Origin: Patescibacteria group bacterium
Lineage (GTDB): Bacteria > Patescibacteriota > Minisyncoccia > Phycocordibacterales > Phycocordibacteraceae
Length of the DNA stretch: 64,000 bases
Direction: 5' to 3'
Assembly: GCA_040384705.1 (NCBI GenBank)
Contig: JAZKIU010000001.1
Location: 478,053 to 542,052, forward strand
Positions 18,456 through 27,448 of this stretch are shown piece after piece (the stretch's first letter is position 1; each line of letters opens with the position of its first letter). The position numbers and the translations under genes are program-made. Below the pieces are notes generated by a model, which ran no database searches, was not told the origin of the DNA, and saw nothing but the letters and a program-made list of their open reading frames with translations.

Positions 18456-18773
18456 ATGTACGCACGAGCCTACGCACTCCCAACTCCTCTATTCTGGGTC
18501 TTCCGTGACGCGGACGATGACCGTATCGAGCGCCTCCGTTTCCATATAGAGCAGGGCGACTATTTCCCCTTCCTCGCTACCATCGTCGGCATGCTGCGGG
18601 AGACCGCATCGAGCTGCGAGGCAGTCGTTCCCGAAGCAGGGGCGCAATCAACGTTCGCGGAAGATGTCCGCAAGGACCTCATCTATCTCCATGAGAACTA
18701 CACGATAGCGCCCAAGCAGGAACCGACATCGTTCTCGAAGCAGAAAGTAACGCGATTCAAGGGAGAAGGCTGA
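18456..18773 (+). CDS. Hypothetical protein, paralog 1 of a tandem pair
   Basis: ERLRFHIEQGDYFPFLATIVGML..VRKDLIYLHENYTIAPK aligns with the next gene. Confidence 0.5.
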   Translation: MYARAYALPTPLFWVFRDADDDRIERLRFHIEQGDYFPFLATIVGMLRETASSCEAVVPEAGAQSTFAEDVRKDLIYLHENYTIAPKQEPTSFSKQKVTRFKGEG

Positions 18774-18873
18774 TGTCCACAGGGCAAAGGCGCTTCAGTG
18801 CCGTATAATGGACACACGTAGCGGCGCACCAGCGCCGCGAATCGCATTTATGACTTCGTAATCAATTGTATCT

Positions 18874-19143
18874 ATGCTGCACCGTGTCTCAATCTCTCAT
18901 CTTTCCGCCTCAAGCGAGTCCGATAACGAACGGCTTGCGCGCCTCCATTTCCATCTGAAGACCGGCGACTACTTCCCCACGCTCGCGACCATACTCGGCT
19001 TCGTAGAAGAGACGCTCGGGAACTATACGGCGAGCTCTGATGCCCTTCCTCCGCTCGAGCAGGAGCTCATACGGAGCGTCCGGAAGGACCTCCTCCACCT
19101 GCACGAGTACTACCATATAGAGCCGAAACGGCGGTACGTTTGA
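18874..19143 (+). CDS. Hypothetical protein, paralog 2 of a tandem pair
   Basis: ARLHFHLKTGDYFPTLATILGFV..VRKDLLHLHEYYHIEPK. A TATAAT lies about 70 nt upstream. Confidence 0.5.
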   Translation: MLHRVSISHLSASSESDNERLARLHFHLKTGDYFPTLATILGFVEETLGNYTASSDALPPLEQELIRSVRKDLLHLHEYYHIEPKRRYV

Positions 19144-19162
19144 GCGTGATACACTGGCGCAC

Positions 19163-19618
19163 ATGAGCATCCATCAATCCATAAAAGCGGGTATCCCCGA
19201 GGCGCTTAAAGCGCGCGACGAGGTTACGCTCCGTACCTACCGCTCGCTCGCTACCTTGATGACCAACGAAGTCGTCGCGAAGAAGCGCAAGCCTGACGAG
19301 TTCCTTACCGACGAGGAGGCGCTCGTCGTTCTCAAGCGCGGCGCCAACCAGCGCAAGGATTCCATACAGCAGTTCGATGCAGCGGGCCGGAGCGAGCTTT
19401 CCATACCTGAGAAAGAGGAGCTCGCCGTTATAGAAGCGTTGCTTCCGGCACTGATGAGCCGCGAAGATATAGAAGTTATTGCTAAAGCGAAGATGGCCGC
19501 TATGGGAATCACCGACAAGAAGGACGCCGGACGCTTCACGGGCGCGCTGATGCAGGAGCTCAAGGGCCAGGCGGACGGAGGTGATGTGAAGGCGGTCGTG
19601 GATTCCCTGCTTGCCTAA
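19163..19618 (+). CDS. yqeY: GatB/YqeY domain protein
   Basis: LK..D......R.L....NE...K.....LTDEE...VL.R...QRKDSI..F..AGR.EL...E..E...IEA.LP — the YqeY family pattern. Confidence 0.8.
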   Translation: MSIHQSIKAGIPEALKARDEVTLRTYRSLATLMTNEVVAKKRKPDEFLTDEEALVVLKRGANQRKDSIQQFDAAGRSELSIPEKEELAVIEALLPALMSREDIEVIAKAKMAAMGITDKKDAGRFTGALMQELKGQADGGDVKAVVDSLLA

Positions 19619-19673
19619 CGGCGCGGGAGGGGTAGGATTTGCATAGAAGAAGCCATTCATATGGAGGTGTTCG

Positions 19674-19874
19674 ATGGCGAAGGCCTCACGACTGAGGTGG
19701 TACCGCGGATTCAAGGTCCGCGAGAAGAACAAGAGAGCCCGCGAGGAGGCGAAGAAAGCCACGACGCAGGCGGATCTGATCGAAACCGTGCGTGCGCAGG
19801 CACGGGAGGCGGACTTTGACGAGCAGAGGCGTGAGCTCATGCTCGCACAGGAGCTCGGACTCAATTTGGATTAG
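19674..19874 (+). CDS. Small basic protein (66 aa), unknown function
   Basis: SD GGAGGTG sits 6 nt upstream of the ATG. Sequence MAKASRLRWYRGFKVREKNKRAREEAKK.... A terminator follows at about 19891-19925. Confidence 0.4.
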   Translation: MAKASRLRWYRGFKVREKNKRAREEAKKATTQADLIETVRAQAREADFDEQRRELMLAQELGLNLD

Positions 19875-19890
19875 CGGGCACTAGGGTGGG

Positions 19891-19926
19891 ACGTCCGGTC
19901 CCACCCATTCCTTTTTCTACGGGTCG
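19891..19926 (+). terminator. Rho-independent terminator
   Basis: GGGTGGGACGTCCGGTCCCACCC followed by ATTCCTTTTTCT. A TATAAT follows at about 19938. Confidence 0.7.
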
Positions 19927-20025
19927 TGCTATAATCTCATCAGCATCGCAATGTTATAAGCGGTGAAAGTGATGGTGGGGTGTCTTCTTGTGGAGAGGTA
20001 AAACTCAAGCAAGGGGCTTCCCGAA

Positions 20026-20346
20026 ATGATCAATTTCGAATTCGACGTGTCCATCGTCATCGGACCGCGCGACGGAAAGCGGCAGCAGATACGGATTCAC
20101 TTCTCGGAAAGCGGGTTGCGCAAGCTCAGCAAGCGCTCCAAGGCATTCGAAGAAGGCCTTCGGCTCATCGAAGGCGAACTCGCCAAAGAACTGAGCCACG
20201 AGGAAGGATTCACCTGCGCCGGCCTTTCCTTCGACGCCGACGACCCCGATCTCGCGGATTGCGAGGCTCGCGATATCGCCGACCTCTTCCTTTCGAGGCT
20301 GAAGTTAAGCGCGTCCATCGTGGACATGAACAAGATGGCTGCGTAA
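20026..20346 (+). CDS. Hypothetical protein (106 aa)
   Basis: Protein-like composition; sits between a terminator/promoter and truB. Confidence 0.4.
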   Translation: MINFEFDVSIVIGPRDGKRQQIRIHFSESGLRKLSKRSKAFEEGLRLIEGELAKELSHEEGFTCAGLSFDADDPDLADCEARDIADLFLSRLKLSASIVDMNKMAA

Positions 20347-20424
20347 GATACGCACCGCCTAGAGCGCCCCGGACCCCCATCCGAGGCGCTTTTCTTTTAT
20401 CCTCGAGCATGGGATACCGGATAC

Positions 20425-21228
20425 ATGAAGCGCTATATCGTTCTTGAAAAATGCATAGGTCAGACCCCTCTCGAGACGCTTCAGGAGTGGAAGCGTGCCC
20501 ATCCGGAATACGCGAACGTTCCTGCGAGCTATGCAGGACGCCTCGACCCGATGGCTTCCGGGAAGCTCCTGATACTGCTCGGCGATGAGTGCAAGAAGCA
20601 GGAGGAGTACACGGGTTTGGACAAGGAGTATGAGATAGAGGTGCTGCTGGACCTCTCGACCGATACTGGGGACGTGCTCGGTCTACCCGCCCATACCGAG
20701 AAAGCAGCTTCCCTTGATGCCTCTACTATCGATAATGCCCTACGTTCCGTCACTGGTTCGCATACTGTTCCCTACCCCGCGTTTTCATCGAAGACCGTGA
20801 ACGGCAAACCCCTCTTCCTATACACCCTCGAGGGTACGCTCGACACCATCACCATTCCCGAGCACGAAGAAACCATATATCGCATCAAGCTTCTCGAACG
20901 AAGCGAGGTTGAGAAAGCAGATCTCGCGCGCCGCATCGATAGCCTCGTTTCGCTCGCCCCAAGGAGCGATGAGCCATCGAAGAAGCTCGGAGCGGACTTC
21001 AGGCAGTACGAGATACGCGCGGCATGGAAGGAGATATTCAATGCCATGCCCGAGCGCTCGTTCATGATCCTTCGTCTGCGCGTTACCTGCGTATCCGGGA
21101 CCTATATGCGCACTCTCGCCTCGCGCATAGCGACTGAGCTTGATACTACCGCGCTCGCCCTTTCGATTCATCGGACGAGGATAGGCAGATGCCACCTGCC
21201 TTTTGGTTTCTGGTTGCCAACGTACTAG
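20425..21228 (+). CDS. truB: tRNA pseudouridine(55) synthase TruB
   Basis: AGRLDPMASGKLLIL (catalytic Asp motif) and CVSGTYMRTLA. Confidence 0.8.
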   Translation: MKRYIVLEKCIGQTPLETLQEWKRAHPEYANVPASYAGRLDPMASGKLLILLGDECKKQEEYTGLDKEYEIEVLLDLSTDTGDVLGLPAHTEKAASLDASTIDNALRSVTGSHTVPYPAFSSKTVNGKPLFLYTLEGTLDTITIPEHEETIYRIKLLERSEVEKADLARRIDSLVSLAPRSDEPSKKLGADFRQYEIRAAWKEIFNAMPERSFMILRLRVTCVSGTYMRTLASRIATELDTTALALSIHRTRIGRCHLPFGFWLPTY

Positions 21229-21295
21229 ACCATAATTGACGCACGATGCTTCAAGGACTATCATCCGCCGAGCTGAACCATTGGGGAGATGACGG

Positions 21296-21484
21296 ATGCA
21301 GTACGTGGTACCTTTCGTGACTCGGGAATTCGTTGATTTGCACGTCCGCTTGCACGCACGGGACGCGATTCGTTTTTCCCGCATGTCTCGCGACTTCCGC
21401 AACCGAGGCGAGCATGATAAGGCTGAGCATTGCCTTGGCCTTGCGAAGGTATACCTTCGCAGTGCGAAGCAGCCCTGCCGCTAG
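21296..21484 (+). CDS. Possible small Arg-rich protein (62 aa)
   Basis: TTGACG-N17-TATCAT promoter-like sequence at about 21238-21266. Weak protein-like character. Confidence 0.2.
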   Translation: MQYVVPFVTREFVDLHVRLHARDAIRFSRMSRDFRNRGEHDKAEHCLGLAKVYLRSAKQPCR

Positions 21485-21542
21485 CGTCTACCGACCGGAT
21501 TATGGAGCGGCACTCTTCCGATGACCATCAAGGAGACGTGTT

Positions 21543-21680
21543 ATGTGTACCTTTAGCGAGCAACCAGTGTCGATCGGAGAATCGGGGATCGAGGCGCTGC
21601 GGGCGTTCGATCCGTATCCTCCAGAAACAGAGGAGTGCGGCCAACTGATACGGCCGCCTACTACCCCACCGGAGCGGTAG
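21543..21680 (+). CDS. Possible 45-aa peptide with a strong SD
   Basis: AAGGAGACGTGTT then ATG. Sequence MCTFSEQPVSIGESGIEALRAFDPYPPETEECGQLIRPPTTPPER. An intrinsic terminator follows. Confidence 0.3.
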   Translation: MCTFSEQPVSIGESGIEALRAFDPYPPETEECGQLIRPPTTPPER

Positions 21681-21687
21681 GACCTGA

Positions 21688-21717
21688 TCGAAGAATTGAG
21701 GCCGCCCAGCTCCGGGC
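21688..21717 (+). terminator. Rho-independent terminator
   Basis: GGCCGCCC-AGCTCC-GGGCGGCC followed by TTTTCG. Confidence 0.7.
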
Positions 21718-21798
21718 GGCCTTTTCGATTGGCCCCTCGCTTCTTCCATGGTATAAAACCACCTAAGACCTATCGCGCATCAGTGAAGGTTTTGCATT

Positions 21799-21870
21799 GG
21801 CTCCATCGTCTAACGGTTAGGACAGATCCCTCTCACGGATCAAATCGGGGTTCGATTCCCCGTGGAGTCA
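21799..21870 (+). tRNA. tRNA-Glu (anticodon CTC)
   Basis: Cloverleaf folded by hand. Acceptor GGCTCCA/TGGAGTC, D-stem GTCT/GGAC, anticodon stem GATCC/GGATC with loop CTCTCAC, T-arm CGGGG-TTCGATT-CCCCG. CCA is not encoded. Confidence 0.8.
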
Positions 21871-21963
21871 CAATTTGCTTATAATAGCTTCTGTGTTAAT
21901 ATGAAATTGCGTAGGTCACCCCTGACCTGCGCGATTTCATTTTGTTTCAAAGGAGAGTCGCGA

Positions 21964-22302
21964 ATGGCTTATCAAAGCGAGAAGTGGAAGCTGCTGTGTT
22001 CCGGTGTCGTGAACGATGGTGCGCCCGGCAATCGCCTGGCCGCCGTCTACCAGAAAGGCAGTGAGCTCAAGCGCGTGGCCACGGCCGTCGACGGCCCGCT
22101 CATCGTGAGCGAGGCCACGTTCGACCTGGACTCGATCAGCGGCCCCAATGACTACTGGGAGCTGGTCGCGAGCGGCGTCGTGGACTCTAACGCCAACGGC
22201 GTGAACCTGGTCATGCTCTTCCAGAACGACGGGAAGGTCGCCACGCTGCGCACGGCCGCGAACACCGGCTTCAAGCTCGGCGCCGAGGAGCTCGTTCTTT
22301 AG
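21964..22302 (+). CDS. Hypothetical 112-aa protein (high GC3) immediately 3' of tRNA-Glu
   Basis: SD AAAGGAGAG before the ATG at 21964. The ORF-track N-terminal extension runs into the tRNA. A terminator follows. Confidence 0.55.
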   Translation: MAYQSEKWKLLCSGVVNDGAPGNRLAAVYQKGSELKRVATAVDGPLIVSEATFDLDSISGPNDYWELVASGVVDSNANGVNLVMLFQNDGKVATLRTAANTGFKLGAEELVL

Positions 22303-22326
22303 GTTCTTTCTGAACAGCCCCTCAAA

Positions 22327-22358
22327 CGGGAACCCCAGGCCATTGGCCTGGGGTTTTG
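22327..22358 (+). terminator. Rho-independent terminator
   Basis: CCCCAGGCC-ATT-GGCCTGGGG followed by TTTTGTTATTT. Confidence 0.75.
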
Positions 22359-22377
22359 TTATTTCAAATAAATGCAC

Positions 22378-23661
22378 CTATCTCTTCTTCCACTCCCCCT
22401 CCTGCCTCGCCAACTTCCCCGCATCCTTCTCATCCGCAAGCAGTGCCTCCACTATCCGCTCCATCCGCACGCTCTGCGAGCCTTTTATTAAAACGATGTC
22501 TCCTTCCTTTATCGTATTCGCGATGGAAGCCGCCGCTACGACTGAATTCTCATATCCTTCTACCGTCCCCTCGTCCCTTCCCGCATTCAAGAATGCGGTC
22601 GCGATAGCCTGCGCACGCGTGCCCACCGTTATCAGAACATCTACGTGCTCAGCTGCGAACGCGCCGATACGCTCATGCTGCGCAGCGGAGTAGCGACCGA
22701 GCTCGAGCATGTCGCCCAAGATAGCTACCCTACGCCTCTCCGTCTTTACGAGCTCGAGCGACTTTATCGCTTCCTCTACCGCAGCAGGCGAGGAGTTATA
22801 CGTATCATCGATGAGGATTGAGTCATGCTTACCACGCAGCAACCGTGCGCGTCCTGGTGGAGGCGTGTATGACTTCAGGCCCTTGAGCGCATCAGCAATG
22901 CTCGAGTCGAGCGCGTCGGCAACCGCAAGCGCTGCCGCGGGCGCATAGAGCTGCTGCTCACCGAGCACGCCCGGCGCTTGCACGTTGTAACTCTTGCCTT
23001 CAAGAAGCACGGTGGCCTTCATTCCTGGTTCCTCACCTAAGACGTCGCAGCTTACATCCTGTATGCACACCGTTGCGTCCTCACCGTATCCGTAGGTGCT
23101 TATCGAGGCATGGATGCCGCGCGCCATCTCGCGCGCGTACACGTCTTCTGACGAGAGGATGAGCGGGGCGCCGTGAGCGAGCGCGTATGCCGGCGCGAAC
23201 TCTTCCGCGCGCACCTCCGCCGGTCCCTCGTACGCCTCCACATGCACCGGCACTTCCGGAAGCCTCGTCACCACCACCACGTCAGGCGACGTTATCTTCA
23301 GTATCTTCTTCATGTCGCCTGGCTTATCCGCCCCCACCTCGAGCACGAGGAGCTTCGGGTAGTGGTTCGGGAAAAGAAGGAGCGCGAAGCCTTCGATGAT
23401 GACCCTTCCCCAGGCCACCGCATCGTTCCAAGGGGTCGATGCACCGATGATGGTGAGCGGCACGCCGAACTCGCTGTTATAGCTCTTTTCGCTCGCTCGC
23501 AGGTAGAAGCGCTCGGAGAGGGCTGCAGCGATGGCGTCCTTGGTAGATGTCTTCCCCACGCTCCCGGTTATCATCACGATGAGCGGCTTGTACTTGCGCA
23601 AGATAGTGCGCGACAGGACGACGAGCAGCGTAACGACCATCCATCGCAGAAGGGCTTTCAT
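22378..23661 (-). CDS. murF: UDP-N-acetylmuramoyl-tripeptide--D-alanyl-D-alanine ligase MurF
   Basis: ITGSVGKTSTK (Mur ligase P-loop), YNSEFGVPLT, DDTYNSSP, GDMLELG. Confidence 0.85.
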   Translation of the reverse strand: MKALLRWMVVTLLVVLSRTILRKYKPLIVMITGSVGKTSTKDAIAAALSERFYLRASEKSYNSEFGVPLTIIGASTPWNDAVAWGRVIIEGFALLLFPNHYPKLLVLEVGADKPGDMKKILKITSPDVVVVTRLPEVPVHVEAYEGPAEVRAEEFAPAYALAHGAPLILSSEDVYAREMARGIHASISTYGYGEDATVCIQDVSCDVLGEEPGMKATVLLEGKSYNVQAPGVLGEQQLYAPAAALAVADALDSSIADALKGLKSYTPPPGRARLLRGKHDSILIDDTYNSSPAAVEEAIKSLELVKTERRRVAILGDMLELGRYSAAQHERIGAFAAEHVDVLITVGTRAQAIATAFLNAGRDEGTVEGYENSVVAAASIANTIKEGDIVLIKGSQSVRMERIVEALLADEKDAGKLARQEGEWKKR

Positions 23662-23663
23662 AC

Positions 23664-25388
23664 CTAGGAGACCTCCGCCCTATCCGGCGGTATGGCGTAA
23701 TAGTTGATGAGGAAGTGGGTCAGGTCCATGAATGGCTGGGTGAGCGTCTCGGACGCGTATTGTACGCCCTGCGGCTGCCTCGTATAGAGGAGGATGATAT
23801 ACCGCGGCTCGTAGGCTGGGAAGTAGCCGAAGAACGAGTGGAGGTATAGATTCTCGTAGTACTTCCCGCCCGGGCCCGCTATCTGCGCGGTACCGGTCTT
23901 AGCGGCGACCGACATCTCGGGAATCTTGAGCGTTCCGTCCGCGAGCTTGGTATCCACCACCTTCACGAGCATGCGGGTGGTCTCCTCCGCTGCCTTCGCA
24001 CTGAACACCCGCTCGCTCCCGCCCCACGATAGCTTCTTCTCTATGCCGCTCTCGAGCTTCACCGCGCGCACCAGGTGCGGCGTCACGACCTGCCCGCCGT
24101 TCGCGAGGCTGCCCATCGCCTTCACCATCTCCATTGGCGTCTGCGCGACGCCCTGGCCGAAGGACGCTGTCGCGTATTCAACATCGCGCGGGCTCTTGAG
24201 GATGTTATTGATATTGCCCGGTATCTCGCTCGGGAGATCCACGCCCGTCTCCTCGCCCATGCCGAGCTTCTTGAAGTATTCACGGAACTTCTCATGGCCC
24301 ACCCGGAGCGAGATGAAGGTCGCCCCCATGTTGAGCGACTGGGAGAGTATCTCCTGCATAGGGACGGTGCCGCGGGCCTTGAGGTCATAGTTGCAGAACT
24401 TCTTGTTGTTGAGCGTCATGCAGCCCACATCGTTGTATGTAGAGTCAGCGGCGATGACGCCCGCATCGAGCCCCGCTGCCATGGTGAGCGCCTTCACGAT
24501 GGAACCGAATTCGTACTGGTGCTCGACGAGCGGATTACCGAAGTGCGCCGGGTCGCCGTTCGCGAAGTCGTTGGCATCGAACGAGGGCACCGTATCGAGC
24601 GCGATTATCTCCCCCGTCTTAGGGTCCATGATGATGCCGCCGGTCTCGATGCTGCCGTACTGCGCGTTTATCTGGAGAAGCACCTGGTCTAACTTCTCCT
24701 GCACCATGGGCTCTATAGAGGTCACGAGGTCGCCTTCGCGGGCTGCGCGGGCGTCCACCACCACGCTATCGAGGTTGGCGAACAATTCCGCGAAGAAGTT
24801 CCCGAAGAGTCCCTCGTTCTCTCGGGAGAGGACATCTTCGTAGTACCGCTCGAGGCCGAAGCGGCCCGCGAGGTCGTTATCGTTATCGAACGCGACGAAG
24901 CCTATGGATTGGGCGGCCTGTGTCCCGGCTGGGTAGCTCCTCCAGCGCTCGCGCTCGACACGTATACCCTTGAGGCCGAGTTTCTCTATCTTCTCCCCTG
25001 CGGCTTCCGGAACGCGCTTCGCGATCACCTCGTACGGGTCATCGGTGCGTGCGACTGACGTCATGAACGCTTCGCGCTCGATGGGGACGAGCGCTGCAAG
25101 CGCGGCGTACGTCGCTTCCGCATCCACTACCTGCTCCGGATTCATCGCGATGGTAAAGCCGGTCGTAAGGGTGGCTGCAGAAAGGAGAGAGCCGTCCTTA
25201 CGAGTGAAGTATATGGAGCCGCGACTGAAGAGCTCCTGGCTTGCGGAGATGTACTGCTTTTCGGCTCGCAGCGCATAGTCAGCGCCGTGGACTACCTGTA
25301 CGAAATAGAGGCGGAGGCAGATGAGCGCGGCGAATACGAACAATATGCCGGCGAGGACTCGGAGTCGTATGCGTATTCCGCGGCGCAT
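23664..25388 (-). CDS. ftsI: Penicillin-binding protein (FtsI-type class B transpeptidase)
   Basis: SIVK (SxxK), SxN and KTGTAQ motifs, with an N-terminal transmembrane segment. Confidence 0.85.
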   Translation of the reverse strand: MRRGIRIRLRVLAGILFVFAALICLRLYFVQVVHGADYALRAEKQYISASQELFSRGSIYFTRKDGSLLSAATLTTGFTIAMNPEQVVDAEATYAALAALVPIEREAFMTSVARTDDPYEVIAKRVPEAAGEKIEKLGLKGIRVERERWRSYPAGTQAAQSIGFVAFDNDNDLAGRFGLERYYEDVLSRENEGLFGNFFAELFANLDSVVVDARAAREGDLVTSIEPMVQEKLDQVLLQINAQYGSIETGGIIMDPKTGEIIALDTVPSFDANDFANGDPAHFGNPLVEHQYEFGSIVKALTMAAGLDAGVIAADSTYNDVGCMTLNNKKFCNYDLKARGTVPMQEILSQSLNMGATFISLRVGHEKFREYFKKLGMGEETGVDLPSEIPGNINNILKSPRDVEYATASFGQGVAQTPMEMVKAMGSLANGGQVVTPHLVRAVKLESGIEKKLSWGGSERVFSAKAAEETTRMLVKVVDTKLADGTLKIPEMSVAAKTGTAQIAGPGGKYYENLYLHSFFGYFPAYEPRYIILLYTRQPQGVQYASETLTQPFMDLTHFLINYYAIPPDRAEVS

Positions 25389-25397
25389 ATCCCGGTA

Positions 25398-25676
25398 TTA
25401 GCGCCTGGTGACGGTCGGTCCTGCGACCATAGCGGCATAGGTGACGCCGGCTGGCTTGCCGAGCCCGAGCGATGCCGGATTCGTACGTCCGATGCGTTCT
25501 ATCGCCTCGTAGTAGTCATTTTCAAGGAGCGCTATAGCGTTCTCCGCATCGCGCACTTCCGACGCGAGGTCGGTCCTCCATGCGGCAAGCGAGACCGTGA
25601 ACACCATGAGAGCGAGGTACGAAAATATGAGGGCGGAGAGCGTGGCTCCAAGGATGGAAATGGTGCGGTCAGGCAT
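25398..25676 (-). CDS. ftsL: Cell division protein FtsL-like
   Basis: Internal start MPDRTISILGATLSALIFSYLALMVF (transmembrane) followed by a coiled coil. Sits between rsmH and ftsI. Confidence 0.6.
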   Translation of the reverse strand: MPDRTISILGATLSALIFSYLALMVFTVSLAAWRTDLASEVRDAENAIALLENDYYEAIERIGRTNPASLGLGKPAGVTYAAMVAGPTVTRR

Positions 25677-26607
25677 AGAGGGCGAGTGAGCTGCTGGTAA
25701 TAAGGGCTGCGGCGCGAGCGGAGCGTTCGAACACCCGGAGCTTCGCGCTGCGGGCTCGTGGGTTGCGGGTCGATTCTGCGGACGACGGCACGATGGGCTT
25801 CCGGGTGATGACGGTCCCCTGCCCCGCATGCGCCGCATCGCGGAGCATGCTCTTCACGATGCGATCCTCGATGCTATGGAACGTGATGACTGCGACGCGG
25901 CCACCGTCCGAAAGCTTCGCTATCGCGGCCGCGAGGCCCTCACGCAGCGCGCCGAGTTCATCGTTCACCGCGATACGGAGCGCCTGGAAGGTCTTCGTGG
26001 CCGCATGGATGCGGCGCTTCTTGTACCAGCCAGGCACCCCCGCCTCGATTGCAGCGACGAGCTGGCCAGTGGTTTGGATGGGAGCCTCGGCGCGTGCCGC
26101 TACTATCGAGCGCGCGATGCCGCGGGAGAAGTGCTCCTCACCGAGCGTGTAGATGAGGTCGGCAAGAGAGGTTTCCGAGAGGTCGTTCACCATGTCTGCG
26201 GCAGTGGTGCCTTCTTCAGGGGAACCGTAGGTCATATGGAGCGGCTCTTCGGCACGAAATGAGAAGCCGCGGCCAGCTGTGAGGTGGAAGCTCGACCACC
26301 CAAGGTCGAAGAGTGCCTTGTCTATGGTTTCTACTCCTGCGTTCTGGAGGATGGCCTCCAGGTTGCGGAAGTTGTCATGCACGAGCAGCACATTCGCCTT
26401 GGCTCCCTTCCCGGCTTCGGTTGCGCGCTGGATGGCGTCCGCGTCCGCATCGATGCCGATGAGGGTGCCGGAGGCGTCGAGCTTCTCGAGAAGCGATGCG
26501 AAGTGCCCTGCCCCACCGATGGTAGCGTCGACCACGACGTCGCTCGGAGACACTTCGAGCGCCTCGACGGCTTCAGACAATAGGACGCTCTCGTGCTTGT
26601 TCTCCAT
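25669..26607 (-). CDS. rsmH: 16S rRNA (cytosine1402-N4)-methyltransferase RsmH (MraW)
   Basis: HESVLLSEAVEAL...DATIGGAGH... Confidence 0.9.
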   Translation of the reverse strand: MENKHESVLLSEAVEALEVSPSDVVVDATIGGAGHFASLLEKLDASGTLIGIDADADAIQRATEAGKGAKANVLLVHDNFRNLEAILQNAGVETIDKALFDLGWSSFHLTAGRGFSFRAEEPLHMTYGSPEEGTTAADMVNDLSETSLADLIYTLGEEHFSRGIARSIVAARAEAPIQTTGQLVAAIEAGVPGWYKKRRIHAATKTFQALRIAVNDELGALREGLAAAIAKLSDGGRVAVITFHSIEDRIVKSMLRDAAHAGQGTVITRKPIVPSSAESTRNPRARSAKLRVFERSARAAALITSSSLALYA

Positions 26608-26612
26608 ATCGC

Positions 26613-27047
26613 TTAAAGAGCTCCCTGATTACCTAGCTTCTCGGCGAAATCGTCGGCGTCACGCTCGATTGAGCGTGTGTACGTCTCCCACGCCTTCTCG
26701 TCCCAGATCTCCACGCGGTCGGCGACGCCTGCGACCACGTTCTTCACCGATAGTTTCGCGAACGACTTCAAGTAATCCGGAAGGAGGATGCGGCCCGCGC
26801 TATCCACGTCGGCTTCTGACGCACCGGCGAGCATAAGGCGCGAAAGCCCGCGTCCGGCAGCGCTCCCCGTCGAGTATGCGGCGAATCCCTCCGCGTGCTT
26901 CTTCCATGCCGACTTCGGGTATACGAAGAGGCAGTGGTCGAGGCCGCGAGTCACGATGACGCTTGCACCGAGCTCCTTCCGGAACTTCGCCGGAAGAGAG
27001 ATGCGATTCTTTGCATCAAGGGTGTGACGGTATTCGCCGATGAACAT
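26613..27047 (-). CDS. mraZ: Transcriptional regulator MraZ
   Basis: MFIGEYRHTLDAKNRISLPAKFR, duplicated MraZ fold. Confidence 0.9.
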   Translation of the reverse strand: MFIGEYRHTLDAKNRISLPAKFRKELGASVIVTRGLDHCLFVYPKSAWKKHAEGFAAYSTGSAAGRGLSRLMLAGASEADVDSAGRILLPDYLKSFAKLSVKNVVAGVADRVEIWDEKAWETYTRSIERDADDFAEKLGNQGAL

Positions 27048-27190
27048 GTAAGTAAATGGGTCCGTGGGTGAAATTGAGGAGGTCGGAAGAGGAGGAAAAA
27101 CCGCCTTCCCACTTCATCCCACTAGTAGCCAATTATATGACACTTCGCCCCACTAGGCAGGCTGTTATCCCCACTGCGCAGCTGATGAGT

Positions 27191-27222
27191 TTGACAGCTT
27201 AAACCATAGCGCTATCATGATT
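27191..27222 (+). promoter_or_regulatory. Sigma70-like promoter TTGACA-N16-TATCAT
   Basis: Seen directly in the sequence. The ATG of a 29-codon ORF begins 9 nt after the -10 box, giving a near-leaderless transcript. Confidence 0.5.
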
Positions 27223-27227
27223 ACTAC

Positions 27228-27317
27228 ATGAATTACCTCAATCGTTGGATTCTCGGAATTCTCGTCTACTTCGGCCTCCTTACACCGGTCGGGGTCTCGC
27301 TTGAGGTTTCTAAGTAA
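27228..27317 (+). CDS. Candidate leader peptide (29 aa, MNYLNRWILGILVYFGLLTPVGVSLEVSK) overlapping segment A of an attenuator-like element
   Basis: The ORF begins at the predicted transcription start. Its 3' end covers the GGTCGGGGTCT copy at about 27288-27298. Confidence 0.3.
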   Translation: MNYLNRWILGILVYFGLLTPVGVSLEVSK

Positions 27318-27336
27318 GAAGAATTAGAAACTTGAA

Positions 27337-27368
27337 GGAAGACCCCGACCGCAAGGTCGGGGTCTTCC
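27337..27368 (+). promoter_or_regulatory. Perfect 14-bp-stem hairpin GGAAGACCCCGACC-GCAA-GGTCGGGGTCTTCC (terminator/attenuator candidate)
   Basis: Its 5' arm is also perfectly complementary to an upstream direct copy of the 3' arm (GGTCGGGGTCT at about 27288), which allows alternative pairing. Confidence 0.5.
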
Positions 27369-27448
27369 TCGTTATAGGCAAACGAGCTTTTGATCTTTCA
27401 CGGGCGCTCATGCCTAAAGAGCGCCATTCAGGATTTAGGGAGATGCAT

